From contig CAVQAG010000017.1 in NCBI GenBank assembly GCA_963710455.1, positions 323,225 through 387,224 of the forward strand: a DNA stretch of 64,000 nucleotides, given 5' to 3'. A program made the position numbers and the translations under genes. Below are positions 1 to 9,661 of this stretch, one piece after another; within the stretch, counting starts at the first letter, position 1, and every line of letters starts with the position of its first letter. The stretch is from an uncultured delta proteobacterium. Lineage in GTDB: Bacteria; Desulfobacterota; Binatia; Binatales; Binataceae. Below the pieces are notes generated by a model. That model was not told the DNA's origin. It was given only the letters and a program-made list of their open reading frames with translations, and made no database searches.

Positions 1-83
1 GGCAAATCGAGGCCAAGGCGTTGCGCAAGCTGCGCCAGACCGGACGTTCGCGCAATCTCGAAGGATTCATGGAGCGCGAGTAG
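1..83 (+). CDS. RNA polymerase sigma-70 family factor, C-terminal fragment (region 4.2); gene truncated by window edge
   Basis: Frame 3 reads QIEAKALRKLRQTGRSRNLEGFMERE-stop. This matches the conserved region-4.2 tail of RpoD/RpoS-type sigma factors (E. coli RpoD ends ...IEAKALRKLRHPSRSEVLRSFLDD). Confidence 0.55.
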   Translation, partial: QIEAKALRKLRQTGRSRNLEGFMERE

Positions 84-128
84 GCGGCCGGGCCGCGAGC
101 CCACGCCGCAGGGCGCGCTCCGCGCTGG

Positions 129-1709
129 TTAGCGCGGTTTGCGCGCTCGATATACGGCGAACGACTCGCCTTTCCACAAGAGCTGATGCCCGTCGAGCGC
201 GCGCTGGATATCGGGCCACCAAACCAGCATATTGCCGAAGCCGGAACTAATCACCACGACGATCCGTTGAGCGCCATCGATCTGCCGCATCAGCCGCGCT
301 AGCTGATCCGGCATCAGCTCTCCCGGATTGAAATGGTTGGCGAATGGCGGCTCAAATTGCGCCGACAGCACGGGACCGCATCCCATCGCGGTGAGCAGTA
401 GCGCGTGATGCCCGTCGATGGCGCGCTGAACCTGTTCCCACTCGCGCACTTCTTCGGACGACGCCCACATCCCCGCCGTAACCGGGCTCGGCGTGGTGAT
501 GCGCCACTGGCCGGCGATTTGCGCGAAATGGGAGACGTTGCCCAACAAGGCCATCACGGCAAGCACGCCTGCGACTCGCGCCGATTGCGTATCCCGGATG
601 CTAATCGCAGCGACGCCCATCACTAGTATGTAGCAGTAGTAGCGCCAGCTTACCTCCGATCCGAAAAAGACGGTGACAAAGGTCACGTGAAGTATGGCGC
701 AGGTTAGGATGAACTCATCGGTAGCGACTGAAATGTCGGGTGCGGGAGGTGCCGATAACAATCTCCGTCCCGCCTGCAGACCTGCAACGATCAGCCACAA
801 AGTCGCGGCAGTCCAGAAGCCGACTACTGAGAAGAGATAGTAGGGCAGCCCGAGGTGCGGCTCATACCAGAAATCGCGCCCGACGCCGTTAAAGAAACCC
901 GAGGCCTGATTACGGTGCGCCGCCATTCCGGCGAGAGGCAGGATAGTCTTCGCCAGCGGAAGCGGCCCGTAGACGGCGCACAGGACGAGTATCAGGACGA
1001 TACCGGTGATTAGAGCGGGTGTGGCTGTGCGGACGATGGTCGCCCGGTTAATTGGCGAGTCTGAGTCATCGTCTCGCTTCGGACTCCGCCACAACAAACC
1101 GATCAACAGCAGGAAGCCATAAAGGTACGCCATGCTGGGATTCACGAAGCACGCTGCGGTGGTCAGCGCGAGTGCGCTCGAGGGTCTTTGTGCGGCCTGT
1201 TCCGCAAGCGCATTCGACAGGAGCGCGGCTTCTAAAGCGTAGGTCAGAGTGAAGGTCGGAAACGCAAAGGGCAACGCGACTATGATCAGGACGATAGCGA
1301 TCGTGCCCAAGTGCAGCGCCGCGGCCATTCGTGCGATACCCATTGCAACCAACACGGCGCAAAGGACCATTATTGTTTCGTTTGCCTGTGGAGTCGCGCC
1401 GAAGAGCGCAAACCACACCCGCGCTAGCAAGATCGGTAGGAGTCCCCAATGGTAGCCGAAGTCGAGCGCCGGCCGGCTGCCATGTGCAACGAGGTACGAG
1501 ATCGAAAGGAAGTCGCCCCGATCGCCGAACGCGTTGGCGTCGAAGCCGAGATCGGTGGGCAGCCGGAATATCGCGTAGGCGAGTGTCTCCATACCGAACA
1601 GTAGGCTCAGCCCGAACGCGCTGTGGCGTCGCGGCGGTATCCGTGACGCTTCGGTTGACATCGGGCCCCTGCGTGCCGGCGAAGATTCCGGCCCCGGCGC
1701 GCTAGCCAA
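129..1709 (-). CDS. polytopic integral membrane protein of unknown function (about 12 predicted TM segments)
   Basis: 526-aa ORF in the six-frame track with coherent hydrophobic-segment structure throughout. No recognisable catalytic motif. The true start may lie downstream of the first Met. Confidence 0.5.
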   Translation of the reverse strand: MASAPGPESSPARRGPMSTEASRIPPRRHSAFGLSLLFGMETLAYAIFRLPTDLGFDANAFGDRGDFLSISYLVAHGSRPALDFGYHWGLLPILLARVWFALFGATPQANETIMVLCAVLVAMGIARMAAALHLGTIAIVLIIVALPFAFPTFTLTYALEAALLSNALAEQAAQRPSSALALTTAACFVNPSMAYLYGFLLLIGLLWRSPKRDDDSDSPINRATIVRTATPALITGIVLILVLCAVYGPLPLAKTILPLAGMAAHRNQASGFFNGVGRDFWYEPHLGLPYYLFSVVGFWTAATLWLIVAGLQAGRRLLSAPPAPDISVATDEFILTCAILHVTFVTVFFGSEVSWRYYCYILVMGVAAISIRDTQSARVAGVLAVMALLGNVSHFAQIAGQWRITTPSPVTAGMWASSEEVREWEQVQRAIDGHHALLLTAMGCGPVLSAQFEPPFANHFNPGELMPDQLARLMRQIDGAQRIVVVISSGFGNMLVWWPDIQRALDGHQLLWKGESFAVYRARKPR

Positions 1710-2898
1710 TCGCCCGCGCCTCGCGCAAACGGGCCAGCTCCTCGTTGGTGAAGCCGTGCGCCGTCAGGACTTCGGTCGTGTGCTCGCCGAGCAGCGGCGG
1801 CCGTGTTACGTGCCCCGGCGTCTCTGAGAGTTTCACTCCTAGTCCGGTCGTTTTGATCTCGCCGCGCACCGGATGCGGTAGACGGACGAGCATCTCGCGC
1901 GCCGCGACCTGCGGATGATTGAACATCTCCTCGATAGTGAGGATGGGACCCGAGGGCACGCCTGCACGATTGAGCAGATCGATCCAATGCGTTGCCGTAT
2001 TGGAAGCGAGTGCAAGGTTGATCTCGGCGGTTAGTGCTGCGCGATGCTTTATCCGATGGCCCAGCGAAACGAATCGCAGATCGTCCTTGAGTTCGGACCT
2101 GGCCGATAGCGTCGGCCAGCGCGTGCCACATCGTCTCGTTGCCGCACGCGATATTGAAGGGCCGGTCTGAAGCCGCGTGGACGCCGTGTGGCGCCGCGAG
2201 TGGATGATGGTTGCCGGCGGGGTCCGGTGTGCGCCCGGTGTCAAAGTAGATCCCCGCTGACCAGCTAAGCACGCTGACGATCGCTTCGAGGATGGAAGTC
2301 TCGACGCGTTGGCCTCGGCCGCTCCGATGGCGCGCGTGGAGGGCAAGCAGGATACCCTGCGCGGCGAAGATTCCTCCAAGCAGATCGCAGATCGCGATTC
2401 CAACCCGCATCGGGCCGCTCTGCTCGGTGCCCGTCACACTCATCAATCCGGAGAATCCCTGCGCGATCTGATCGAACCCCGGCGTATCACGCATCGGACC
2501 GCTGGCGCCAAAACCGGAGATCGAGCATCCGATGATACGCGGATTGCGGGCCGCGAGCGTTTCGTACTGGAGGCCCATCGCTTCCATCACGCCGGGACGA
2601 AAATTGTCGATCACCACGTCGGCTTGGTCGGCCAGACGGAGCATCACGTCGCGCCCGGCGGCTGCCTGAGATCGATCTGCACGCTTTTCTTAGAGCGGTT
2701 GGTGCTCATGAAGAAGTAGCTGTCTTTGCCCGTATAACCGCCCATCTCTGCGCGTGCGTCCTTGACCGGCTCGATCTTGATTACCTCGGCGCCATAGTCA
2801 CCGAGAATCTGCGTGCAAAAAGGCCCGGCCAGGTAACGCGTAAGATCGACGACTGTGATTCCAGCAAGCGGGGCAACGTCCCCCATCGTACCTGGCAC
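1702..2898 (-). pseudogene. CoA-transferase family III (CaiB/BaiF-type) gene disrupted by two 1-bp frameshifts
   Basis: The N-terminus (ORF 2644..2898: ...GITVVDLTRYLAGPFCTQILGDYGAEVIKIEP...IDLRQPPGAT) is a typical CaiB start. The middle (frame of 1607..2647: MLRLADQADVVIDNFRPGV...NIACGNETMWHALADAIGQ) and the C-terminus (frame of 1702..2403: SELKDDLRF...WIDLLNRAGVPSGPILTIEEMFNHPQVAAREMLV) continue the family in two other frames. Junctions lie near 2655 (a missing G in a G run restores ...DLRQPPGRDVMLRLADQ) and near 2100. Confidence 0.7.
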
Positions 2899-3047
2899 CT
2901 CCTCGTGACAATTGGGGCAACAATATCGGATGACGCGGCAGGGCGAAAAGTAGGGACTTCTGTTCCCAGCGGGCGCTACGCGGTGGGTGACAGTGGGGCG
3001 GTGCCGGTGTTAGCATCGGGACATCTCAGTCCACGGAGGACGCTGTC

Positions 3048-4001
3048 GTGGCGGTAATGCGCATCGGACATGTCTCGGTCCGAGTAACTGACATCGAAAA
3101 AGCTCGCAACCATTACGCCAATGTAATTGGGCTCATCGAAACTCATCGCGAGAGCGGCGGAACGAGTTACTATAAGGCCTGGGACGAATGGGATCGCTAC
3201 AGCGTGATCCTCACACCCTCTGACCACTCCGGGGCGAACTATATCGCATACAAGGTGGAGCGTGACTCCGAACTCGACACCTTTGGCGACGCGATCGCAA
3301 AACGCGGCATCGAGGTCGAGCAACTGAAGCCCGGCGCGATCCCATTCGTCTGCCGTGCGATCCGCTTCACGTTGCCGAGCAGCCATCGAATGGTCCTGTT
3401 CGCCGAGAAAGAAGCGGTCGGCAGAAGCGTGGGTGCGATCAACCCTGACCCATGGCCGAACGACATCAAAGGCGCGGGCGCGATGCATCTGGACCACTGC
3501 CTCCTGATGGCTGAGATCGAGTCGTCTCGGGGCGTCAATCGGGTGGCCGAAAACTGCCGATTCTTTACCGAAGTACTCAACTTTCAGCTTACTGAACAGG
3601 TGATGGTGGGTCCGGGCAACAGCATTCAGGCGGCCGCGTTTCTTTCCTGCACGAGCAAGCCGCACGACATCGCGTTCGTTGGCGGGCCGCGCCCGGGATT
3701 TCATCATTTTGCCTTTTATCTCGACAACTGGAACGACGTTCTGCGCGCCGCCGACATATTGTCCAAGAATCGGGTCAAGATAGACATCGGGCCGACTCGC
3801 CATGGCATCACGCGCGGAGCGACGATTTACTTCTTCGATCCCTCGGGTAACCGCAACGAGACTTTCGCCGGCCTGGGCTATTTCGTGACCCGCGACATGC
3901 CAACTATCACCTGGACCGAGGACCACCTGGGAGCGGCGATTTTCTATCATGGACGGGAGATCAATCCCGACTTCACTAACGTCTATACCGAGGCGACCTG
4001 A
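3048..4001 (+). CDS. catechol 2,3-dioxygenase (type I extradiol dioxygenase, two-domain VOC fold)
   Basis: 317 aa. The motif HGITRGATIYFFDPSGNRNE and overall length match XylE-type C23O. The N-terminal MAVMRIGHVSVRV is the typical VOC start. Confidence 0.85.
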   Translation: MAVMRIGHVSVRVTDIEKARNHYANVIGLIETHRESGGTSYYKAWDEWDRYSVILTPSDHSGANYIAYKVERDSELDTFGDAIAKRGIEVEQLKPGAIPFVCRAIRFTLPSSHRMVLFAEKEAVGRSVGAINPDPWPNDIKGAGAMHLDHCLLMAEIESSRGVNRVAENCRFFTEVLNFQLTEQVMVGPGNSIQAAAFLSCTSKPHDIAFVGGPRPGFHHFAFYLDNWNDVLRAADILSKNRVKIDIGPTRHGITRGATIYFFDPSGNRNETFAGLGYFVTRDMPTITWTEDHLGAAIFYHGREINPDFTNVYTEAT

Positions 4002-4099
4002 GCGCCGCTTCGCCAAATTTTCGCGCTGCCTTCAGTTCGGCCATTGAAGCGCCCGGAACTTGCGGCGTGATTCGGAGGTTTGTTACTGGCGAGGACCGT

Positions 4100-4939
4100 A
4101 TGAGCAAGAAGTCCGCGCCCGTGCACTTGGGATTGGCCGCCATGATTGGCGCTATCACGCTCGCTCTGGGAGCCGGAGCGGCCTTCGCAGGCGAGCGGGC
4201 GGGATTCTCGCAAGCCAGCGCGGCGTCCGAGGATACTCCGGTGGTGCTCGAGCTTTTCACCTCCGAGGGATGCTCGAGCTGCCCGCCTGCCGACGAACTG
4301 CTGAGCCGGATCGGCGCGTTTACCACCGGCATGATACCACTCGCCTACCATGTCGATTATTGGGACAGCCTGGGATGGTCCGACCCGTTTTCGTCGAATC
4401 AATGGACGATGCGCCAGGTCGAGTACGTTCGCGCGATGCAACTGAGCGGCTCGTATACGCCGCAAATCGTGATCAATGGCCAATGGCAATGCGTCGGGTC
4501 CGACCCCAACCTTATCGCTCGCGCAATCGCGACCGCCCGTGCGACGCCGCCGCCGGGCGTGGTCACGGTGCGCGCAATGCCGCTGGCTGCGGGCGCGCGC
4601 AAGCTCAACCTGAGCGTGAGTGCGCACATCGTGCGCACGGCGGGCGACAAATCGCTGATCGTGCTAGTTGCGATTTACGAGAATGGATTGATGGCCAAGA
4701 TCGACGGGGGCGAAAACCGGGGCCATCGGATCACGTACGACTACACGGTGCGAAAGATGATTCCCGCATTCGAACTGCGCCCGCAAGCCGGCTCCGCGCT
4801 GGAGAACGAACTCAGCGTCGATCTCGATCCTTCATGGAAGCTCGACCATCTTGGGATAGCGGCGTTTATCCAGGACGAGAGTTCGCTGACAATCGACGGC
4901 GCCGTGGCGCTATACCCGATCAATAAAACTACAAATTGA
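4100..4939 (+). CDS. secreted DUF1223-family thioredoxin-like protein
   Basis: LELFTSEGCSSCPPADELL and AYHVDYWDSLGWSDPF are the DUF1223 signature. An N-terminal signal peptide (MSKKSAPVHLGLAAMIGAITLALGAGAAFA) is present. GAGG lies 5 nt upstream of the ATG at 4100; the ORF track extends to a GTG at 4067. Confidence 0.7.
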   Translation: MSKKSAPVHLGLAAMIGAITLALGAGAAFAGERAGFSQASAASEDTPVVLELFTSEGCSSCPPADELLSRIGAFTTGMIPLAYHVDYWDSLGWSDPFSSNQWTMRQVEYVRAMQLSGSYTPQIVINGQWQCVGSDPNLIARAIATARATPPPGVVTVRAMPLAAGARKLNLSVSAHIVRTAGDKSLIVLVAIYENGLMAKIDGGENRGHRITYDYTVRKMIPAFELRPQAGSALENELSVDLDPSWKLDHLGIAAFIQDESSLTIDGAVALYPINKTTN

Positions 4940-4966
4940 TCGCCTGAGGCTGGCCCGCCGCACGAC

Positions 4967-6799
4967 CTACTCGACCGTCACCGACTTGGCCAGGTTGCGC
5001 GGCTGATCGACGTCGGTGCCGCGATAGACCGCGATGTGGTACGCGAGGAGCTGCAACGGCACGGTTGTGAGCACCGGCATCAGCATCCGATGCGTCGTGG
5101 GAACCTCGATTATCTCCCACGCGACCTCTTCGAGTTCGGGCGTGGGATGGTCGGTGACGGCGATGATCCGCCCGTTGCGCGATTCGACTTCGCGCAGGTT
5201 CGACAGCGTCTTTTCATAAACGTTGTCGAACGGGATGATCACCACCACCGGCATCTCCTCGTCGATGAGCGCGATCGGCCCGTGTTTCATCTCACCCGCC
5301 GAGTAGCCCTCGGCGTGGATGTACGAAATCTCCTTCAGCTTGAGCGCACCCTCCAACGCGACCGGGTAGTTGATGCCGCGGCCGAGATAGAGGAAGTCGC
5401 GCGTCTTGCCGTATTTGCGCGCCACGCGCTCGATCTGGCGCTCGCGCTTTTCCAGTACTTCCTTGATTTGCGCCGGAATCGCAAAGGCCGGCTGCAGCAT
5501 CGCGTTGACCTCGCGCTCGCTGAGCCTGCCCAGGCGCGCGGCGAGGTGGATCGCGAACAGGTAGAAGGCCTCGATCTGGGTCAGGAAGCACTTGGTGGTG
5601 GTGACGCTTATTTCGGGGCCGCAGCGGGTATAGAGCTGCGCGTCGGCCTTGCGCGCGATCGACGAATCGACGGTGTTGGTGATGGCGAGCAGATGGCATC
5701 CACGCTGGCGCCCTTCTTCCAGCGCGGCCAGGGTGTCGGCGGTCTCGCCCGATTGCGACACCGCAATCATCATGGTGCGCGCGTCGATCGGCGGCTGGCG
5801 GTAGCGGAACTCGGCCGAGTAATCGACCTCGGCCGGCACGCCGCACAGCTCCTCGATCATGAATTTGCCGATGAGCGAAGCGATCCACGAGGCGCCCGCG
5901 CTGACCATCACGATTCGCCCGATCGCCTCGGGCCCGGCCGCCGGCAAAAGTTCGCCCTCGAACCGCACCGCGCTGGAGCTGGCCGCGGCGCGCCCGCTCA
6001 GGGTATCGATCCAGGCCTGCGGCTGCTCGGCGATCTCCTTGCGCAAATAATGCTGAAAGCCGCCCTTGGTCGCGGCGACCGCGTCCCATTCGATGAGCCG
6101 GGGCGTGCGCTCGATCGCCGTGCCGTCGAAAGTCATCAGGCGCACGCCATGCGCGGTCAGCTCGGCCAGTTCGCCATCCTCGAGCACGATCGTGCGGCGG
6201 GTGTGGCCCAGGATGGCCGGGATGTCGGAGGCGACGAAGTTTTCGCCTTCGCCCAGCCCGAGCACCAGCGGGGTCGCGGTCTTGGCGGCGACCAGCTTGT
6301 CGGGCTCGGTCTCGGAGAGCACCACGATGGAGAACGATCCGCGCAATTCGAGCACGGTGTGGCGCACCGCCTCGGTCAGCCCGAGGCCGGCGCGGACCTG
6401 TTCCTCGACCAGATGCGAGATCAGTTCGGTATCGGTTTCGGAGCTCAGCTTGTGGCCGCGCGTGGTCAACGCGGCGCGCAGCTCGACGTAGTTCTCGACG
6501 ATGCCGTTATGAATGACCGCGACCGGGCCGGCCTTGTGCGGATGGGCGTTGCCTTCCGAGGGGCGCCCATGCGTTGCCCATCGCGTATGGCCGATTCCGA
6601 TCGAACCCTTGAGCGGTGCGCCGTCGAGCGCGCGGCGAAGATTCTCGAGCTTGCCGACCGCGCGCCGGATTTCCATCCCGCTGCCATTGATCGTCGCCAC
6701 GCCGGCCGAGTCGTAGCCCCGATACTCCAGCCGCGCGAGCCCGCCGATCAGAATCGGCACCGCCTCGGACGGGCCCACGTATCCAATTATTCCGCACAT
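4967..6799 (-). CDS. glmS: glutamine--fructose-6-phosphate aminotransferase
   Basis: 610 aa. The N-terminal MCGIIGYVG is the Ntn glutaminase start. Two SIS domains are present, with a C-terminal ...SVTVE. Confidence 0.95.
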   Translation of the reverse strand: MCGIIGYVGPSEAVPILIGGLARLEYRGYDSAGVATINGSGMEIRRAVGKLENLRRALDGAPLKGSIGIGHTRWATHGRPSEGNAHPHKAGPVAVIHNGIVENYVELRAALTTRGHKLSSETDTELISHLVEEQVRAGLGLTEAVRHTVLELRGSFSIVVLSETEPDKLVAAKTATPLVLGLGEGENFVASDIPAILGHTRRTIVLEDGELAELTAHGVRLMTFDGTAIERTPRLIEWDAVAATKGGFQHYLRKEIAEQPQAWIDTLSGRAAASSSAVRFEGELLPAAGPEAIGRIVMVSAGASWIASLIGKFMIEELCGVPAEVDYSAEFRYRQPPIDARTMMIAVSQSGETADTLAALEEGRQRGCHLLAITNTVDSSIARKADAQLYTRCGPEISVTTTKCFLTQIEAFYLFAIHLAARLGRLSEREVNAMLQPAFAIPAQIKEVLEKRERQIERVARKYGKTRDFLYLGRGINYPVALEGALKLKEISYIHAEGYSAGEMKHGPIALIDEEMPVVVIIPFDNVYEKTLSNLREVESRNGRIIAVTDHPTPELEEVAWEIIEVPTTHRMLMPVLTTVPLQLLAYHIAVYRGTDVDQPRNLAKSVTVE

Positions 6800-6881
6800 C
6801 GAATTTTCACCTTTCCCGGCCTAGCCTTAAGTTTGCCGGTCCGGGCGACGCGCCGCCAGCGCCAATCCGGACCCTTTCCGC

Positions 6882-8309
6882 CTAATCCGACCCATCGCCA
6901 TCGCGGCCATCGCCGTGGCGGCGGCGCCATTCGGCGGTCCATCCGGGCTTGATTTTCTGCGGATGATGCGAAACACAGAGCGCCCCGTCGGGGACCTCAC
7001 GCAAAATCGTGGTGCCCGAGGCGACGTAGACGTCGTCCCCTACCTTGACCGGCGCGACCAATTGCGTGTCGCATCCGATCATACAGCGGCTGCCGATCCG
7101 CGTGAGATGCTTGTCGTAACCGTCATAGTTGACCGTGATCACGCCGCATCCGATATTGGTCTCGCGGCCGATCTCGGTGTCGCCCAGGTAGCTCAGATGG
7201 CTCGCCTTGGTGCCTTGGCCGAGCCGCGCCTTCTTGGTCTCGACGAAATTGCCGATACGGTTATGGCCTTCGAGCTCGGTACCGGCGCGCAGGTTGGCGA
7301 AGGGACCGATTTCGCAATGCGGCCCGATACGGCATTCTTCGGCGCGCACGCCAAGCTTCAGATGGCATCCGTCGCCAATCTCGACGTCGCGCAGATATGC
7401 CGTGCCCTCGATCCGGACGCCCTCGCCGACTTTGCTGCGGCCGAGAATCTGCACGTTGGGGCCGATGGTCGAGTCGCGCCCGATTTCGACCTGCTCGCCG
7501 ATATAGGCAGTCGCGGGATCGACGATGGTCACGCCCGCCCCCATCAACTTGCGATTGACCGCGGCTCTGATCTCGGCTTCCATCTCTGCCAGCTCCTTGA
7601 GTGAATTTATACCGGCGAACTCGGCCGCGTCGGGTGCGCCCCAGGCCTGCACCGCAAGTCCGCCGCGCCGCACGATCGCCACCAGGTCGGTAAGATAGTA
7701 TTCGCCCTGCGCATTGTTGGGCCGCAAATCCCCAAGCGCCGCGCGCAACACGGCCGCGCGTGCGAGGTAGACGCCGGTGTTGACTTCGCGGATCGCAAGC
7801 TCGGCGGGCGACGCGTCGCGCGCCTCGACGATCGCCGTCACCGCGCCGGCGCGGTCGCGCACCACTCGCCCATACGCGCCCGCGCCTTCGAGCGTCGCAC
7901 TGATGAACGATAGCTCCGCGTGCTTTCGGCGATGCTCGCCGATGAATGCCTGCAGCGTTGCCGGCCGGATCATCGGCATGTCGCCGTAAAGGATCAGGAC
8001 GTCGCCGTCGAAGTCCGGGGAGAACGCCTCCAGCCCGCATCGCGCCGCGTCACCAGTGCCGCGCTGCGCGGGCTGTCGCGCGACGTCGATCTGCAGGCCA
8101 GGGACGCAGGCGCGCGCCGCCTCTGCGACCGTATCGCCCTGATGGCCGACCACCACGGTCAGCGGCGCGGGCGCAAGCGGCGCGAGCGAGCGTATTACGC
8201 GCGCGATCATCGGCTCGCCGCCAAGCTCGTGCAGCACCTTGGCGCGCGCCGATCGCATCCGCGTGCCGAGCCCGGCGGCCAGAACGATCGCCCCGGTTGC
8301 GGCCGTCAT
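6882..8309 (-). CDS. glmU: bifunctional UDP-N-acetylglucosamine pyrophosphorylase / glucosamine-1-phosphate N-acetyltransferase
   Basis: The N-terminal LAAGLGTRMRS nucleotidyltransferase motif is followed by left-handed beta-helix hexapeptide repeats. It lies directly upstream of glmS. It has an unusual Gly/Asp-rich 19-aa C-terminal tail. Confidence 0.93.
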   Translation of the reverse strand: MTAATGAIVLAAGLGTRMRSARAKVLHELGGEPMIARVIRSLAPLAPAPLTVVVGHQGDTVAEAARACVPGLQIDVARQPAQRGTGDAARCGLEAFSPDFDGDVLILYGDMPMIRPATLQAFIGEHRRKHAELSFISATLEGAGAYGRVVRDRAGAVTAIVEARDASPAELAIREVNTGVYLARAAVLRAALGDLRPNNAQGEYYLTDLVAIVRRGGLAVQAWGAPDAAEFAGINSLKELAEMEAEIRAAVNRKLMGAGVTIVDPATAYIGEQVEIGRDSTIGPNVQILGRSKVGEGVRIEGTAYLRDVEIGDGCHLKLGVRAEECRIGPHCEIGPFANLRAGTELEGHNRIGNFVETKKARLGQGTKASHLSYLGDTEIGRETNIGCGVITVNYDGYDKHLTRIGSRCMIGCDTQLVAPVKVGDDVYVASGTTILREVPDGALCVSHHPQKIKPGWTAEWRRRHGDGRDGDGSD

Positions 8310-8716
8310 GGGTTTTTCTTCTTGAATAATGCCTCGAGCCGCTCGCGCGCGGCGCGCTCCGGTGACGGCCGAGAGGATGGCGGCTGAGACGATGGCGGCC
8401 GAGACGATGGCGGCTGAGAGGAGCGAGATGCGGCGGCGCGGGGCGCGAAGTACTCGCAGAAATTCGACCGGTCCTTGTCCACCACCCGCTCAGCCATCGT
8501 CTCGCGGCACTGATTGTTGTAAGCCGGGTCGTAGAGCGAACAATTGCGGCAAACGTGCAGCGGCCGATCGCATTGGGGGCAGTGCGCGTGAAACCCGACG
8601 CGCTCGATCGTCTCGACCGGTTGCCCGCAGTTCCAGCAGTTCATCGCCAGCAGTTCACCGTGGGTGCGGCGCGCGCCAGCTTCGTGCTTTTGCGCCTTGC
8701 GCCCGCTTGATAGCAT
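8306..8716 (-). CDS. zinc-ribbon protein with a C-terminal low-complexity SSxPP repeat tail; translationally coupled to glmU
   Basis: Cys pairs CWNCG...HAHCPQCD...CRNC form a zinc-ribbon. The stop overlaps the glmU start (ATGA, 8306..8309). The C-terminal tail SSQPPSSRPPSSQPPSSRPS is encoded by a tandem DNA repeat. The alternative start MNCWNC at 8644 is more plausible given the xerC promoter 24 bp away. Confidence 0.5.
   Translation of the reverse strand: MLSSGRKAQKHEAGARRTHGELLAMNCWNCGQPVETIERVGFHAHCPQCDRPLHVCRNCSLYDPAYNNQCRETMAERVVDKDRSNFCEYFAPRAAASRSSQPPSSRPPSSQPPSSRPSPERAARERLEALFKKKNP
8340..8400. repeat. tandem direct repeat of about 3.5 x 15 bp (gagaCgatggcggcY), inside the zinc-ribbon CDS
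   Basis: Seen directly: gagaggatggcggct / gagacgatggcggcc / gagacgatggcggct / gagaggagcgagatg. Confidence 0.8.
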
Positions 8717-8740
8717 AGCGTTTGGATTAGACGCGAGTCG

Positions 8741-9661
8741 ATGCAGGCGGAAATAGAGTCATTCGCGGCGGCGTTGGGCAAAGCCTCGCGCGCGGCCGAC
8801 AATACGGTAGCGAATTATCGTCGGGATTTGTGCGATTTTCGCCGCTTTCTGCTCGAACGCGGGGTAGCGCTGGCCACGGCGGGTGAGGAAATCGAGCCCG
8901 CCGCGATCACGACCGATCATATTCGCGGCTATCTTTCCGAAGCAATGAAGACGCTCAGCCGGGCGACCGTCCAGCGGCGTCTGTTCGCGATCAAGGCGTT
9001 CTTTCGCTGGCGCGAAGCGATGGCCACGCCGGCAGGTTTTGAGAGCGCACCGAGCCCGGCGCGAGCCCTGCGCTCGCCCCGGAGCCAGCGCCGCCTGCCG
9101 GCCATTTTGCCGGAAGACGACGTGCGCAGGCTGATCGAAGCCGATGACGAAGACGGGGGGCCGGCCGCGTTGCGCGACCGCGCGATCCTCGAAGCGCTCT
9201 ATTCCTCGGGGCTGCGCGTGAGCGAGTTGGTCGGGCTTAACTGGCGCGACGTCGACGATGAGGTCGGGATGGTGCTGGTGCGCTCGGGCAAGGGCAACAA
9301 GGATCGGATGGTGCCGATCGGCGAGCCGGCGCTCGACGCGCTCAAAGCGTGGCGGCGCGCGATGCCCAAGGCATGGGAACTTGACGGCCCGGTGATCACC
9401 AACCTGCGCGGCGGACGGCTGACGACGCGCGCAGTCGAAAACATCCTGGCCCAGCGTATCGTGGCGGCCGGGCTGGGATCGTCGATCACCCCGCATGGGC
9501 TGCGTCACTGCTTCGCGACCCACATGCTCAACGCCGGCGCCGATCTGCGCTCTATCCAGGAGATGCTCGGCCATGCGAGCCTAGCCACCACGCAGCGCTA
9601 CACTCACGTGAGCGTCAACCATCTGAAGGAGGTCTACCGCCGTGCCCATCCGCGCGCCTGA
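8741..9661 (+). CDS. xerC: site-specific tyrosine recombinase XerC
   Basis: N-terminal SAM-like domain plus a C-terminal catalytic domain with R...HGLRH...LGH...TTQRYTH (Tyr nucleophile). It sits immediately upstream of hslVU, as in codV-clpQ-clpY/xerC-hslVU arrangements. Confidence 0.85.
   Translation: MQAEIESFAAALGKASRAADNTVANYRRDLCDFRRFLLERGVALATAGEEIEPAAITTDHIRGYLSEAMKTLSRATVQRRLFAIKAFFRWREAMATPAGFESAPSPARALRSPRSQRRLPAILPEDDVRRLIEADDEDGGPAALRDRAILEALYSSGLRVSELVGLNWRDVDDEVGMVLVRSGKGNKDRMVPIGEPALDALKAWRRAMPKAWELDGPVITNLRGGRLTTRAVENILAQRIVAAGLGSSITPHGLRHCFATHMLNAGADLRSIQEMLGHASLATTQRYTHVSVNHLKEVYRRAHPRA

Noticed and set aside
4920-4943. Short AT-rich hairpin (GATCAAT-N10-ATTGATC) between the convergent DUF1223 and glmS genes
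   Set aside because: The 7-bp AT-rich stem overlaps the DUF1223 stop codon. It is too weak to call a terminator with confidence.
5036-6952. 638-aa plus-strand ORF
   Set aside because: It is fully antisense to the high-confidence glmS and glmU genes. Its composition is Arg/Gly/Asp/Ala-rich, as expected for a wrong-frame high-GC translation. The same reasoning rejects the other long antisense ORFs: 7261..8040, 10244..11692, 11732..12685, 12900..13706, 13613..14836, 14898..15848, 34640..35824, 37649..38551, 51557..53965, 55767..57113, 58088..59161 and 60207..60788.
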